Assembly: GCF_009914755.1 (NCBI RefSeq)
Contig: NC_060939.1
DNA length: 64,000 nucleotides
Direction: 5' to 3' (one strand)
Source of the DNA: the human T2T-CHM13v2.0 reference genome, Homo sapiens
Part shown: positions 28,601 to 43,600 of the stretch, piece after piece
Position numbering within the stretch: the stretch's first letter is position 1
Layout of the letters: the number at the start of each line of letters is the position of its first letter
The notes under the pieces: generated by a model
Databases searched by the model: none
What the model saw: only the letters and a program-made list of their open reading frames with translations
What the model was told of the DNA's origin: nothing
Translations under genes and position numbers: made by a program

Positions 28601-31600
28601 CCATTCCACTCGATTCCACTTCGTTCCATTTCATTGCATTCCATTCTATTCAACTCTATTGCCTTCCATTCCATTCCATTCGATTACATTCCATGCGATT
28701 CCATTCGAAATCGAATCAATTACATTGCAATCCATTACTATTGAGTCCGTTTTATTCCAGTCCACTGCATTCTGGTCCATTCCATTTGATTCCATTCCAT
28801 TCTATTCCATTCCATACAGTTGCATTCCATTGGATTCCATGCTATATCTATAAATTCAATTCGAGACCATTGCTTTTGAGTCCATTCTATATGATTCCAT
28901 TCCATTCAAGTCCATTACATTTGGTTAAATTCCATTCCATTCGGTTCAATTCCATTCCATTCCATTCCCTTCCATTCCATTCCAGTTGATATCAATCCAT
29001 TCGATTCCATTCCATTCGAGCACATTCCATTCGAGTCCATTCCATTCGATGCCATTCCATTTGATTCTATTCCATTAGTCTCCATTCAATTCCATTAATC
29101 TCCATTCCATTCCATTCTACTCCAACTGATTCCATTCCATTCTATTCCTTTCCATTCCATTTCATTCCATTCCGTTCCATTCCATTTCGTTCCATTCCAT
29201 TCGTGTCCATTCCACTCCAGTCCATTCCATTCGTATCCATTCCATTCCAGTCCATTCCATTTGTGTCCACTGCATTCCATTCCACTCCATTCCATATTAT
29301 TCCATTACACTCCATTCCATTCTATTACTTTCATTTCCATTCAATTCCATTCCATTTGATTCCATTCCACTCGGTTTCATTCCATTTGAGTCCACTCCAT
29401 TCCATTCCATTCCATTCAGTTCCATTCCATTCTGTTCCATTCCATTCCGTTCCATTACATTCCATTCCATTCGGTACCATTCCATATTGTTCCATTCGAT
29501 TCCATTCGAATCCATTCCATTCCAGTCCATTCCATTCGATTCCATTCCATTCATTTCAATTCCATTCCATTCCATTCCATTACATTCCACTTGATTCCTC
29601 TCCATTCCCTTCCACTGCATTCCGTTCGATTCCATTCCATTGCATTGCATTCCATTCCATTGGATTGCATTACATTCGATTCCATTCCATTCGAATCAAT
29701 TACATAGCAATCCATTACATTCGAGTCTATTCTCTTCCGTTCCATTCGATTTCGTTCCAATCCATTCGATTCCATTCCATTCGATTCCATTCCATACTAT
29801 TGCATTCCATTCGATTACATTATATTCGAATAAGTTCCATTCAAGACCATTTCTTTTGAGTCCATTTTATTTGAGTCCATTCCCTTTGATTCCATAACAT
29901 TTGAGTCCATTCAATTCCATTCCTTTCGTTTCCATTCCATTTGATGCCATTCCATTCAATTCTGTTCTACTCGACTCCAATACATTCAATTCCATTCCAT
30001 CCGATTCCATTACATTCTTTTCATTTCTTATCCATTTCAAGCCATTCCACTCCATTCCATTCCACTCGTTTCCTTTCCATTCGAGTCCATTCCTCTCCAG
30101 TCCATTCCATTCAATCCATTCCATTCCAGTCCATTCCATTCGAGTCCGTTCCATTCCAGTCCATTCCATTCGAGTCAATTCCATCCCATTCGATGTCTTT
30201 CCATAACGATCCATTCCATTCTATTCCTTTCGATTCCATTCCATTCTATTTCATTTCATTCGATTCCCTTCCATTGGACTCCTTTCCATTCGAGTGCATT
30301 CCATTCCGTTCCATTTCTTTCCGTTCTGTACGATTCCTACCGTTCGATTTCATTTTGTTCCAGTCCATTCTTTCGCGTCCATTCCATTCCATTTCACTCC
30401 ATTCGATTCCATTCCACTCGATTCCACTTCGTTCCATTTCATTGCATTCCATTCTATTCAACTCTATTGCCTTCCATTCCATTCCATTCGATTACATTCC
30501 ATGCGATTCCATTCGAAATCGAATCAATTACATTGCAATCCATTACTATTGAGTCCGTTTTATTCCAGTCCACTGCATTCTGGTCCATTCCATTTGATTC
30601 CATTCCATTCTATTCCATTCCATACAGATGCATTCCATTGGATTCCATGCTATATCTATAAATTCAATTCGAGACCATTGTTTTTGAGTCCATTCTATAT
30701 GATTCCATTCCATTCAAGTCCATTACATTTGGTTAAATTCCATTCCATTCGGTTCAATTCCATTCCATTCCATTCCCTTCCATTCCATTCCAGTTGATAT
30801 CAATCCATTCGATTCCATTCCATTCGAGCACATTCCATTCGAGTCCATTCCATTCGATGCCATTCCATTTGATTCTATTCCATTAGTCTCCATTCAATTC
30901 CATTAATCTCCATTCCATTCCATTCTACTCCAACTGATTCCATTCCATTCTATTCCTTTTTATTCCATTTCATTCCATTCCATTCCATTCCATTCGTGTC
31001 CATTCCAGTCCAGTCCATTCCATTCGTATCCATTCCATTCCAGTCCATTCCATTTGTGTCCACTGCATTCCATTCCACTCCATTCCATATTATTTCATTA
31101 CACTCCATTCCATTCTATTACTTTCATTTCCATTCAATTCCATTCCATTTGATTCCATTCCACTCGGTTTCATTCCATTTGAGTCCACTCCATTCCATTC
31201 CATTCCATTCAGTTCCATTCCATTCCATTCCGTTCCATTACATTCCATTCCATTCGGTACCATTCCATATTGTTCCATTCGATTCCATTCGAATCCATTC
31301 CATTCCAGTCCATTCCATTCGATTCCATTCCATTCATTTCAATTCCATTCCATTCCATTCCATTACATTCCACTTGATTCCTCTCCATTCCCTTCCACTG
31401 CATTCCGTTCGATTCCATTCCATTGCATTGCATTCCATTCCATTGGATTGCATTCCATTCGATTCCATTCCATTCGAATCAATTACATAGCAATCCATTA
31501 CATTCGAGTCTATTCTCTTCCGTTCCATTCGATTTCGTTCCAATCCATTCGATTCCATTCCATTCGATTCCATTCCATACTATTGCATTCCATTCGATTA

Positions 31601-34600
31601 CATTATATTCGAATAAGTTCCATTCAAGACCATTTCTTTTGAGTCCATTCTATTTGAGTCCATTCCCTTTGATTCCATAACATTTGAGTCCATTCAATTC
31701 CATTCCTTTCGTTTCCATTCCATTTGATGCCATTCCATTCAATTCTGTTCTACTCGACTCCAATACACTCAATTCCATTCCATCCGATTCCATTACATTC
31801 TTTTCATTTCTTATCCATTTCAAGCCATTCCACTCCATTCCATTCCACTCGTTTCCTTTCCATTCGAGTCCATTCCTCTTCCAGTCCATTCCGTTCAATC
31901 CATTCCATTCCAGTCCATTCCATTCGAGTCCGTTCCATTCCAGTCCATTCCATTCGAGTCAATTCCATTCCATTCGATGTCTTTCCATAACGATCCATTC
32001 CATTCTATTCCTTTCGATTCCATTCCATTCTATTTCATTCCATTCGATTCCCTTCCATTGGACTCCTTTCCATTCGAGTGCATTCCATTCCGTTCCATTT
32101 CTTTCCGTTCTGTACGATTCCTACCGTTCGATTTCATTTTGTTCCAGTCCATTCCTTTCGCGTCCATTCCATTCCATTTCACTCCATTCGATTCCATTCC
32201 ACTCGATTCCACTTCGTTCCATTTCATTGCATTCCATTCTATTCAACTCTATTGCCTTCCATTCCATTCCATTCAATTACATTCCATGCGATTCCATTCG
32301 AAATCGAATCAATTACATTGCAAACCATTACTATTGAGTCCGTTTTATTCCAGTCCACTGCATTCTGGTCCATTCCATTTGATTCCATTCCATTCTATTC
32401 CATTCCATACAGTTGCATTCCATTGGATTCCATGCTATATCTATAAATTCAATTCGAGACCATTGCTTTTGAGTCCATTCTATATGATTCCATTCCATTC
32501 AAGTCCATTACATTTGGTTAAATTCCATTCCATTCGGTTCAATTCCATTCCATTCCATTCCCTTCCATTCCATTCCAGTTGATATCAATCCATTCGATTC
32601 CATTCCATTCGAGCACATTCCATTCGAGTCCATTCCATTCGATGCCATTCCATTTGATTCTATTCCATTAGTCTCCATTCAATTCCATTAATCTCCATTC
32701 CATTCCATTCTACTCCAACTGATTCCATTCCATTCTATTCCTTTCCATTCCATTTCATTCCATTCCATTCCATTCCATTCCATTCCATTCCATTCGTGTC
32801 CATTCCACTCCAGTCCATTCCATTCGTATCCATTCCATTCCAGTCCATTCCATTTGTGTCCACTGCATTCCATTCCACTCCATTCCATATTATTCCATTA
32901 CACTCCATTCCATTCTATTACTTTCATTTCCATTCAATTCCATTCCATTTGATTCCATTCCACTCGGTTTCATTCCATTTGAGTCCACTCCATTCCATTC
33001 CATTCCATTCAGTTCCATTCCATTCTGTTCCATTCCATTCCGTTCCGTTACATTCCATTCCATTCGGTACCATTCCATATTGTTCCATTCGATTCCATTC
33101 GAATCCATTCCATTCCAGTCCATTCCATTCGATTCCATTCCATTCATTTCAATTCCATTCCATTCCATTCCATTACATTCCACTTGATTCCTCTCCATTC
33201 CCCTCCACTGCATTCCGTTCGATTCTATTCCATTGCATTGCATTCCATTCCATTGGATTGCATTCCATTCGATTCCATTCCATTCGAATCAATTACATAG
33301 CAATCCATTACATTCGAGTCTATTCTCTTCCGTTCCATTCGATTTCGTTCCAATCCATTCGATTCCATTCCATTCGATTCCATTCCATACTATTGCATTC
33401 CATTCGATTACATTATATTCGAATAAGTTCCATTCAAGACCATTTCTTTTGAGTCCATTCTATTTGAGTCCATTCCCTTTGATTCCATAACATTTGAGTC
33501 CATTCAATTCCATTCCTTTCGTTTCCATTCCATTTGATGCCATTCCATTCAATTCTGTTCTACTCGACTCCAATACATTCAATTCCATTCCATCCGATTC
33601 CATTACATTCTTTTCATTTCTTATCCATTTCAAGCCATTCCACTCCATTCCATTCCACTCGTTTCCTTTCCATTCGAGTCCATTCCTCTCCAGTCCATTC
33701 CGTTCAATCCATTCCATTCCAGTCCATTTCATTCGAGTCCGTTCCATTCCAGTCCATTCCATTCGAGTCAATTCCATCCCATTCGATGTCTTTCCATAAC
33801 GATCCATTCCATTCTATTCCTTTCGATTCCATTCCATTCTATTTCATTCCATTCGATTTCCTTCCATTGGACTCCTTTCCATTCGAGTGCATTCCATTCC
33901 GTTCCATTTCTTTCCGTTCTGTACGATTCCTACCGTTCGATTTCATTTTGTTCCAGTCCATTCCTTTCGCGTCCATTCCATTCCGTTTCACTCCATTCGA
34001 TTCCATTCCACTCGATTCCACTTCGTTCCATTTCATTGCATTCCATTCTATTCAACTCTATTGCCTTCCATTCCATTCCATTCGATTACATTCCATGCGA
34101 TTCCATTCGAAATCGAATCAATTACATTGCAATCCATTACTATTGAGTCCATTTTATTCCAGTCCACTGCATTCTGGTCCATTCCATTTGATTCCATTCC
34201 ATTCTATTCCATTCCATACAGTTGCATTCCATTGGATTCCATGCTATATCTATAAATTCAATTCGAGACCATTGCTTTTGAGTCCATTCTATATGATTCC
34301 ATTCCATTCAAGTCCATTACATTTGGTTCAATTCCATTCCATTCCACTCCCTTCCATTCCATTCCATTTGATATCAATCCATTCGATTCCATTCCATTCG
34401 AGCACATTCCATTCGAGTCCATTCCATTCGATGCCATTCCATTTGATTCTATACCATTAGTCTCCATTCAATTCCATTAATCTCCATTCCATTCCATTCT
34501 ACTCCAACTGATTCCATTCCATTCTATTCCTTTCCATTCCATTTCATTCCATTCCATTCCATTTCATTCCATTCCATTCCATTCGTGTCCATTCCACTCC

Positions 34601-37600
34601 AGTCCATTCCATTCGTTTCCATTCCATTCCAGTCCATTCCATTTGTGTCCACTGCATTCCATTCCACTCCATTCCATATTATTCCATTACACTCCATTCC
34701 ATTCTATTACTTTCATTTCCCTTCAATTCCATTCCATTTGATTCCATTCCACTCGGTTTCATTCCATTTGAGTCCACTCCATTCCATTCCATTCCATTCC
34801 ATTCAGTTCCATTCCATTCTGTTCCATTCCATTCCGTTCCATTACATTCCATTCCATTCGGTACCATTCCATATTGTTCCATTCGATTCCATTCGAATCC
34901 ATTCCATTCCAGTCCATTCCATTCAATTCCATTCCATTCATTTCAATTCCATTCCATTCCATTCCTTTACATTCCACTTGATTCCTCTCCATTCCCTTCC
35001 ACTGCATTCCGTTCGATTCCATTCCATTGCATTGCATTCCATTCCATTGGATTGCATTCCATTCGATTCCATTCCATTCGAATCAATTACATAGCAATCC
35101 ATTACATTCGAGTCTATTCTATTCCGTTCCATTCGATTTCGTTCCAATCCATTCGATTCCATTCCATTCGATTACATTCCATACTATTACATTCCATTCG
35201 ATTACATTATATTCGAATAAGTTCCATTCAAGACCATTTCTTTTGAGTCCATTCTATTTGAGTCCATTCCCTTTGATTCCATAACATTTGAGTCCATTCA
35301 ATTCCATTCCTTTCGTTTCCATTCCATTTGATGCCATTCCATTCAATTCTGTTCTACTCGACTCCAATACATTCAATTCCATTCCATCCGATTCCATTAC
35401 ATTCTTTTCATTTCTTATCCATTTCAAGCCATTCCACTCCATTCCATTCCACTCGTTTCCTTTCCATTCGAGTCCATTCCTCTCCAGTCCATTCCGTTCA
35501 ATCCATTCCATTCCAGTCCATTCCATTCGAGTCCGTTCCATTCCAGTCCATTCCATTCGAGTCAATTCCATCCCATTCGATGTCTTTCCATAACGATCCA
35601 TTCCATTCTATTCCTTTCTATTCCATTCCATTCTATTTCATTCCATTCGATTCCCTTCCATTGGACTCCTTTCCATTCGAGTGCATTCCATTCCGTTCCA
35701 TTTCTTTCCGTTCTGTACGATTCCTACCGTTCGATTTCATTTTGTTCCAGTCCATTCCTTTCGCGTCCATTCCATTCCATTTCACTCCATTCGATTCCAT
35801 TCCCCTCGATTCCACTTCGTTCCATTTCATTGCATTCCATTCTATTCAACTCTATTGCCTTCCATTCCATTCCATTCGATTACATTCCATGCGATTCCAT
35901 TCGAAATCGAATCAATTACATTGCAATCCATTACTATTGAGTCCATTTTATTCCAGTCCACTGCATTCTGGTCCATTCCATTTGATTCCATTCCATTCTA
36001 TTCCATTCCATACAGTTGCATTCCATTGGATTCCATTCTATATCTATAAATTCAATTCGAGACCATTGCTTTTGAGTCCATTCTATATGATTCCATTCCA
36101 TTCAAGTCCATTACATTTGGTTCAATTCCATTCCATTCCATTCCCTTCCATTCCATTCCAGTTGATATCAATCCATTCGATTCCATTCCATTCGAGCACA
36201 TTCCATTCGAGTCCATTCCATTCGATGCCATTCCATTTGATTCTATTCCATTAGTCTCCATTCAATTCCATTAATCTCCATTCCATTCCATTCTACTCCA
36301 ACTGATTCCATTCCATTCTATTCCTTTCCATTCCATTTCATTCCATTCCATTCCATTTCATTCCATTCCATTCCATTCGTGTCCATTCCACTCCAGTCCA
36401 TTCCATTCGTGTCCATTCCATTCCAGTCCATTCCATTTGTGTCCACTGCATTCCATTCCACTCCATTCCATATTATTCCATTACACTCCATTCCATTCTA
36501 TTACTTTCATTTCCATTCAATTCCATTCCATTTGATTCCATTCCACTCGGTTTCATTCCATTTGAGTCCACTCCATTCCATTCCATTCCATTCAGTTCCA
36601 TTCCATTCTGTTCCATTCCATTCCGTTCCATTACATTCCATTCCATTCGGTACCATTCCATATTGTTCCATTCAATTCCATTCGAATCCATTCCATTCCA
36701 GTCCATTCCATTCGATTCCATTCCATTCATTTCAATTCCATTCCATTCCATTCCATTACATTCCACTTGATTCCTCTCCATTCCCTTCCAGTGCATTCCG
36801 TTCGATTCCATTCCATTGCATTGCATTCCATTCCATTGGATTGCATTCCATTCGATTCCATTCCATTCGAATCAATTACATAGCAATCCATTACATTCGA
36901 GTCTATTCTCTTCCGTTCCATTCGATTTCGTTCCAATCCATTCGATTCCATTCCATTCGATTCCATTCCATACTATTGCATTCCATTCGATTACATTATA
37001 TTCGAATAAGTTCCATTCAAGACCATTTCTTTTGAGTCCATTCTATTTGAGTCCATTCCCTTTGATTCCATAACATTTGAGTCCATTCAATTCCATTCCT
37101 TTCGTTTCCATTCCATTTGATGCCATTCCATTCAATTCTGTTCTACTCGACTCCAATACATTCAATTCCATTCCATCCGATTCCATTACATTCTTTTCAT
37201 TTCTTATCCATTTCAAGCCATTCCACTCCATTCCATTCCACTCGTTTCCTTTCCATTCGAGTCCATTCCTCTCCAGTCCATTCCGTTCAATCCATTCCAT
37301 TCCAGTCCATTCCATTCGAGTCCGTTCCATTCCAGTCCATTCCATTCGAGTCAATTCCATTCCATTCGATGTCTTTCCATAACGATCCATTCCATTCTAT
37401 TCCTTTCGATTCCATTCCATTCTATTTCATTCCATTCGATTCCCTTCCATTGGACTCCTTTCCATTCGAGTGCATTCCATTCCGTTCCATTTCTTTCCGT
37501 TCTGTACGATTCCTACCGTTCGATTTCATTTTGTTCCAGTCCATTCTTTCGCGTCCATTCCATTCCATTTCACTCCATTCGATTCCATTCCACTCGATTC

Positions 37601-40600
37601 CACTTCGTTCCATTTCATTGCATTCCATTCTATTCAACTCTATTGCCTTCCATTCCATTCCATTCCATTACATTCCATGCGATTCCATTCGAAATCGAAT
37701 CAATTACATTGCAATCCATTACTATTGAGTCCGTTTTATTCCAGTCCACTGCATTCTGGTCCATTCCATTTGATTCCATTCCATTCTATTCCATTCCATA
37801 CAGTTGCATTCCATTGGATTCCATGCTATATCTATAAATTCAATTCGAGACCATTGCTTTTGAGTCCATTCTATATGATTCCATTCCATTCAAGTCCATT
37901 ACATTTGGTTAAATTCCATTCCATTCGGTTCAATTCCATTCCATTCCATTCCCTTCCATTCCATTCCAGTTGATATCAATCCATTCGATTCCATTCCATT
38001 CGAGCACATTCCATTCGAGTCCATTCCATTCGATGCCATTCCATTTGATTCTATTCCATTAGTCTCCATTCAATTCCATTAATCTCCATTCCATTCCATT
38101 CTACTCCAACTGATTCCATTCCATTCTATTCCTTTCCATTCCATTTCATTCCATTCCATTCCATTCCATTCCATTCCATTCCATTCGTGTCCATTCCACT
38201 CCAGTCCATTCCATTCGTATCCATTCCATTCCAGTCCATTCCATTTGTGTCCACTGCATTCCATTCCACTCCATTCCATATTATTCCATTACACTCCATT
38301 CCATTCTATTACTTTCATTTCCATTCAATTCCATTCCATTTGATTCCATTCCACTCGGTTTCATTCCATTTGAGTCCACTCCATTCCATTCCATTCCATT
38401 CAGTTCCATTCCATTCTGTTCCATTCCATTCCGTTCCATTACATTCCATTCCATTCGGTACCATTCCATATTGTTCCATTCGATTCCATTCGAATCCATT
38501 CCATTCCAGTCCATTCCATTCGATTCCATTCCATTCATTTCAATTCCATTCCATTCCATTCCATTACATTCCACTTGATTCCTCTCCATTCCCTTCCACT
38601 GCATTCCGTTCGATTCCATTCCATTGCATTGCATTCCATTCTATTGGATTGCATTCCATTCGATTCCATTCCATTCGAATCAATTACATAGCAATCCATT
38701 ACATTCGAGTCTATTCTCTTCCGTTCCATTCGATTTCGTTCCAATCCATTCGATTCCATTCCATTCGGTTCCATTCCATACTATTGCATTCCATTCGATT
38801 ACATTATATTCGAATAAGTTCCATTCAAGACCATTTCTTTTGAGTCCATTCTATTTGAGTCCATTCCCTTTGATTCCATAACATTTGAGTCCATTCAATT
38901 CCATTCCTTTCGTTTCCATTCCATTTGATGCCATTCCATTCAATTCTGTTCTACTCGACTCCAATACATTCAATTCCATTCCATCCGATTCCATTACATT
39001 CTTTTCATTTCTTATCCATTTCAAGCCATTCCACTCCATTCCATTCCACTCGTTTCCTTTCCATTCGAGTCCATTCCTCTCCAGTCCATTCCGTTCAATC
39101 CATTCCATTCCAGTCCATTCCATTCGAGTCCGTTCCATTCCAGTCCATTCCATTCGAGTCAATTCCATTCCATTCGATGTCTTTCCATAACGATCCATTC
39201 CATTCTATTCCTTTCGATTCCATTCCATTCTATTTCATTCCATTCGATTCCCTTCCATTGGACTCCTTTCCATTCGAGTGCATTCCATTCCGTTCCATTT
39301 CTTTCCGTTCTGTACGATTCCTACCGTTCGATTTCATTTTGTTCCAGTCCATTCTTTCGCGTCCATTCCATTCCATTTCACTCCATTCGATTCCATTCCA
39401 CTCGATTCCACTTCGTTCCATTTCATTGCATTCCATTCCATTCAACTCTATTGCCTTCCATTCCATTCCCTTCCATTACATTCCATGCGATTCCATTCGA
39501 AATCGAATCAATTACATTGCAATCCATTACTATTGAGTCCGTTTTATTCCAGTCCACTGCATTCTGGTCCATTCCATTTGATTCCATTCCATTCTATTCC
39601 ATTCCATACAGTTGCATTCCATTGGATTCCATGCTATATCTATAAATTCAATTCGAGACCATTGCTTTTGAGTCCATTCTATATGATTCCATTCCATTCA
39701 AGTCCATTACATTTGGTTAAATTCCATTCCATTCGGTTCAATTCCATTCCATTCCATTCCCTTCCATTCCATTCCAGTTGATATCAATCCATTCGATTCC
39801 ATTCCATTCGAGCACATTCCATTCGAGTCCATTCCATTCGATGCCATTCCATTTGATTCTATTCCATTAGTCTCCATTCAATTCCATTAATCTCCATTCC
39901 ATTCCATTCTACTCCAACTGATTCCATTCCATTCTATTCCTTTCCATTCCATTTCATTCCATTCCATTCCATTCCATTTCGTTCCATTCCATTCGTGTCC
40001 ATTCCACTCCAGTCCATTCCATTCGTATCCATTCCATTCCAGTCCATTCCATTTGTGTCCACTGCATTCCATTCCACTCCATTCCATATTATTCCATTAC
40101 ACTCCATTCCATTCTATTACTTTCATTTCCATTCAATTCCATTCCATTTGATTCCATTCCACTCGGTTTCATTCCATTTGAGTCCACTCCATTCCATTCC
40201 ATTCCATTCAGTTCCATTCCATTCTGTTCCATTCCATTCCGTTCCATTACATTCCATTCCATTCGGTACCATTCCATATTGTTCCATTCGATTCCATTCG
40301 AATCCATTCCATTCCAGTCCATTGCATTCGATTCCATTCCATTCATTTCAATTCCATTCCATTCCATTCCATTACATTCCACTTGATTCCTCTCCATTCC
40401 CTTCCACTGCATTCCGTTCGATTCCATTCCATTGCATTGCATTCCATTCCATTGGATTGCATTCCATTCGATTCCATTCCATTCGAATCAATTACATAGC
40501 AATCCATTACATTCGAGTCTATTCTCTTCCGTTCCATTCGATTTCGTTCCAATCCATTCGATTCCATTCCATTCGATTCCATTCCATACTATTGCATTCC

Positions 40601-43600
40601 ATTCGATTACATTATATTCGAATAAGTTCCATTCAAGACCATTTCTTTTGAGTCCATTCTATTTGAGTCCATTCCCTTTGATTCCATAACATTTGAGTCC
40701 ATTCAATTCCATTCCTTTCGTTTCCATTCCATTTGATGCCATTCCATTCAATTCTGTTCTACTCGACTCCAATACACTCAATTCCATTCCATCCGATTCC
40801 ATTACATTCTTTTCATTTCTTATCCATTTCAAGCCATTCCACTCCATTCCATTCCACTCGTTTCCTTTCCATTCGAGTCCATTCCTCTTAAAGTCCATTC
40901 CGTTCAATCCATTCCATTCCAGTCCATTCCATTCGAGTCCGTTCCATTCCAGTCCATTCCATTCGAGTCAATTCCATTCCATTCGATGTCTTTCCATAAC
41001 GATCCATTCCATTCTATTCCTTTCGATTCCATTCCATTCTATTTCATTCCATTCGATTCCCTTCCATTGGACTCCTTTCCATTCGAGTGCATTCCATTCC
41101 GTTCCATTTCTTTCCGTTCTGTACGATTCCTACCGTTCGATTTCATTTTGTTCCAGTCCATTCCTTTCGCGTCCATTCCATTCCATTTCACTCCATTCGA
41201 TTCCATTCCACTCGATTCCACTTCGTTCCATTTCATTGCATTCCATTCTATTCAACTCTATTGCCTTCCATTCCATTCCATTCGATTACATTCCATGCGA
41301 TTCCATTCGAAATCGAATCAATTACATTGCAAACCATTACTATTGAGTCCGTTTTATTCCAGTCCACTGCATTCTGGTCCATTCCATTTGATTCCATTCC
41401 ATTCTATTCCATTCCATACAGTTGCATTCCATTGGATTCCATGCTATATCTATAAATTCAATTCGAGACCATTGCTTTTGAGTCCATTCTATATGATTCC
41501 ATTCCATTCAAGTCCATTACATTTGGTTAAATTCCATTCCATTCGGTTCAATTCCATTCCATTCCATTCCCTTCCTTTCCATTCCAGTTGATATCAATCC
41601 ATTCGATTCCATTCCATTCGAGCACATTCCATTCGAGTCCATTCCATTCGATGCCATTCCATTTGATTCTATTCCATTAGTCTCCATTCAATTCCATTAA
41701 TCTCCATTCCATTCCATTCTACTCCAACTGATTCCATTCCATTCTATTCCTTTCCATTCCATTTCATTCCATTCCATTCTATTCCATTCCATTCCATTCC
41801 ATTCGTGTCCATTCCACTCCAGTCCATTCCATTCGTATCCATTCCATTCCAGTCCATTCCATTTGTGTCCACTGCATTCCATTCCACTCCATTCCATATT
41901 ATTCCATTACACTCCATTCCATTCTATTACTTTCATTTCCATTCAATTCCATTCCATTTGATTCCATTCCACTCGGTTTCATTCCATTTGAGTCCACTCC
42001 ATTCCATTCCATTCCATTCAGTTCCATTCGATTCTGTTCCATTCCATTCCGTTCCGTTACATTCCATTCCATTCGGTACCATTCCATATTGTTCCATTCG
42101 ATTCCATTCGAATCCATTCCATTCCAGTCCATTCCATTCGATTCCATTCCATTCATTTCAATTCCATTCCATTCCATTCCATTACATTCCACTTGATTCC
42201 TCTCCATTCCCTTCCACTGCATTCCGTTCGATTCCATTCCATTGTATTGCATTCCATTCCATTGGATTGCATTCCATTCGATTCCATTCCATTCGAATCA
42301 ATTACATAGCAATCCATTACATTCGAGTCTATTCTCTTCCGTTCCATTCGATTTCGTTCCAATCCATTCGATTCCATTCCATTCGATTCCATTCCATACT
42401 ATTGCATTCCATTCGATTACATTATATTCGAATAAGTTCCATTCAAGACCATTTCTTTTGAGTCCATTCTATTTGAGTCCATTCCCTTTGATTCCATAAC
42501 ATTTGAGTCCATTCAATTCCATTCCTTTCGTTTCCATTCCATTTGATGCCATTCCATTCAATTCTGTTCTACTCGACTCCAATACATTCAATTCCATTCC
42601 ATCCGATTCCATTACATTCTTTTCATTTCTTATCCATTTCAAGCCATTCCACTCCATTCCATTCCACTCGTTTCCTTTCCATTCGAGTCCATTCCTCTCC
42701 AGTCCATTCCGTTCAATCCATTCCATTCCAGTCCATTCCATTCGAGTCCGTTCCATTCCAGTCCATTCCATTCGAGTCAATTCCATCCCATTCGATGTCT
42801 TTCCATAACGATCCATTCCATTCTATTCCTTTCGATTCCATTCCATTCTATTTCATTCCATTCGATTCCCTTCCATTGGACTCCTTTCCATTCGAGTGCA
42901 TTCCATTCCGTTCCATTTCTTTCCGTTCTGTACGATTCCTACCGTTCGATTTCATTTTCTTCCAGTCCATTCTTTCGCGTCCATTCCATTCCATTTCACT
43001 CCATTCGATTCCATTCCACTCGATTCCACTTCGTTCCATTTCATTGCATTCCATTCTATTCAACTCTATTGCCTTCCATTCCATTCCATTCCATTACATT
43101 CCATGCGATTCCATTCGAAATTGAATCAATTACATTGCAATCCATTACTATTGAGTCCGTTTTATTCCAGTCCACTGCATTCTGGTCCATTCCATTTGAT
43201 TCCATTCCATTCTATTCCATTCCATACAGTTGCATTCCATTGGATTCCATGCTATATCTATAAATTCAATTCGAGACCATTGCTTTTGAGTCCATTCTAT
43301 ATGATTCCATTCCATTCAAGTCCATTACATTTGGTTAAATTCCATTCCATTCGGTTCAATTCCATTCCATTCCATTCCCTTCCATTCCATTCCAGTTGAT
43401 ATCAATCCATTCGATTCCATTCCATTCGAGCACATTCCATTCGAGTCCATTCCATTCGATGCCATTCCATTTGATTCTATTCCATTAGTCTCCATTCAAT
43501 TCCATTAATCTCCATTCCATTCCATTCTACTCCAACTGATTCCATTCCATTCTATTCCTTTCCATTCCATTTCATTCCATTCCATTCCATTCCATTCCAT

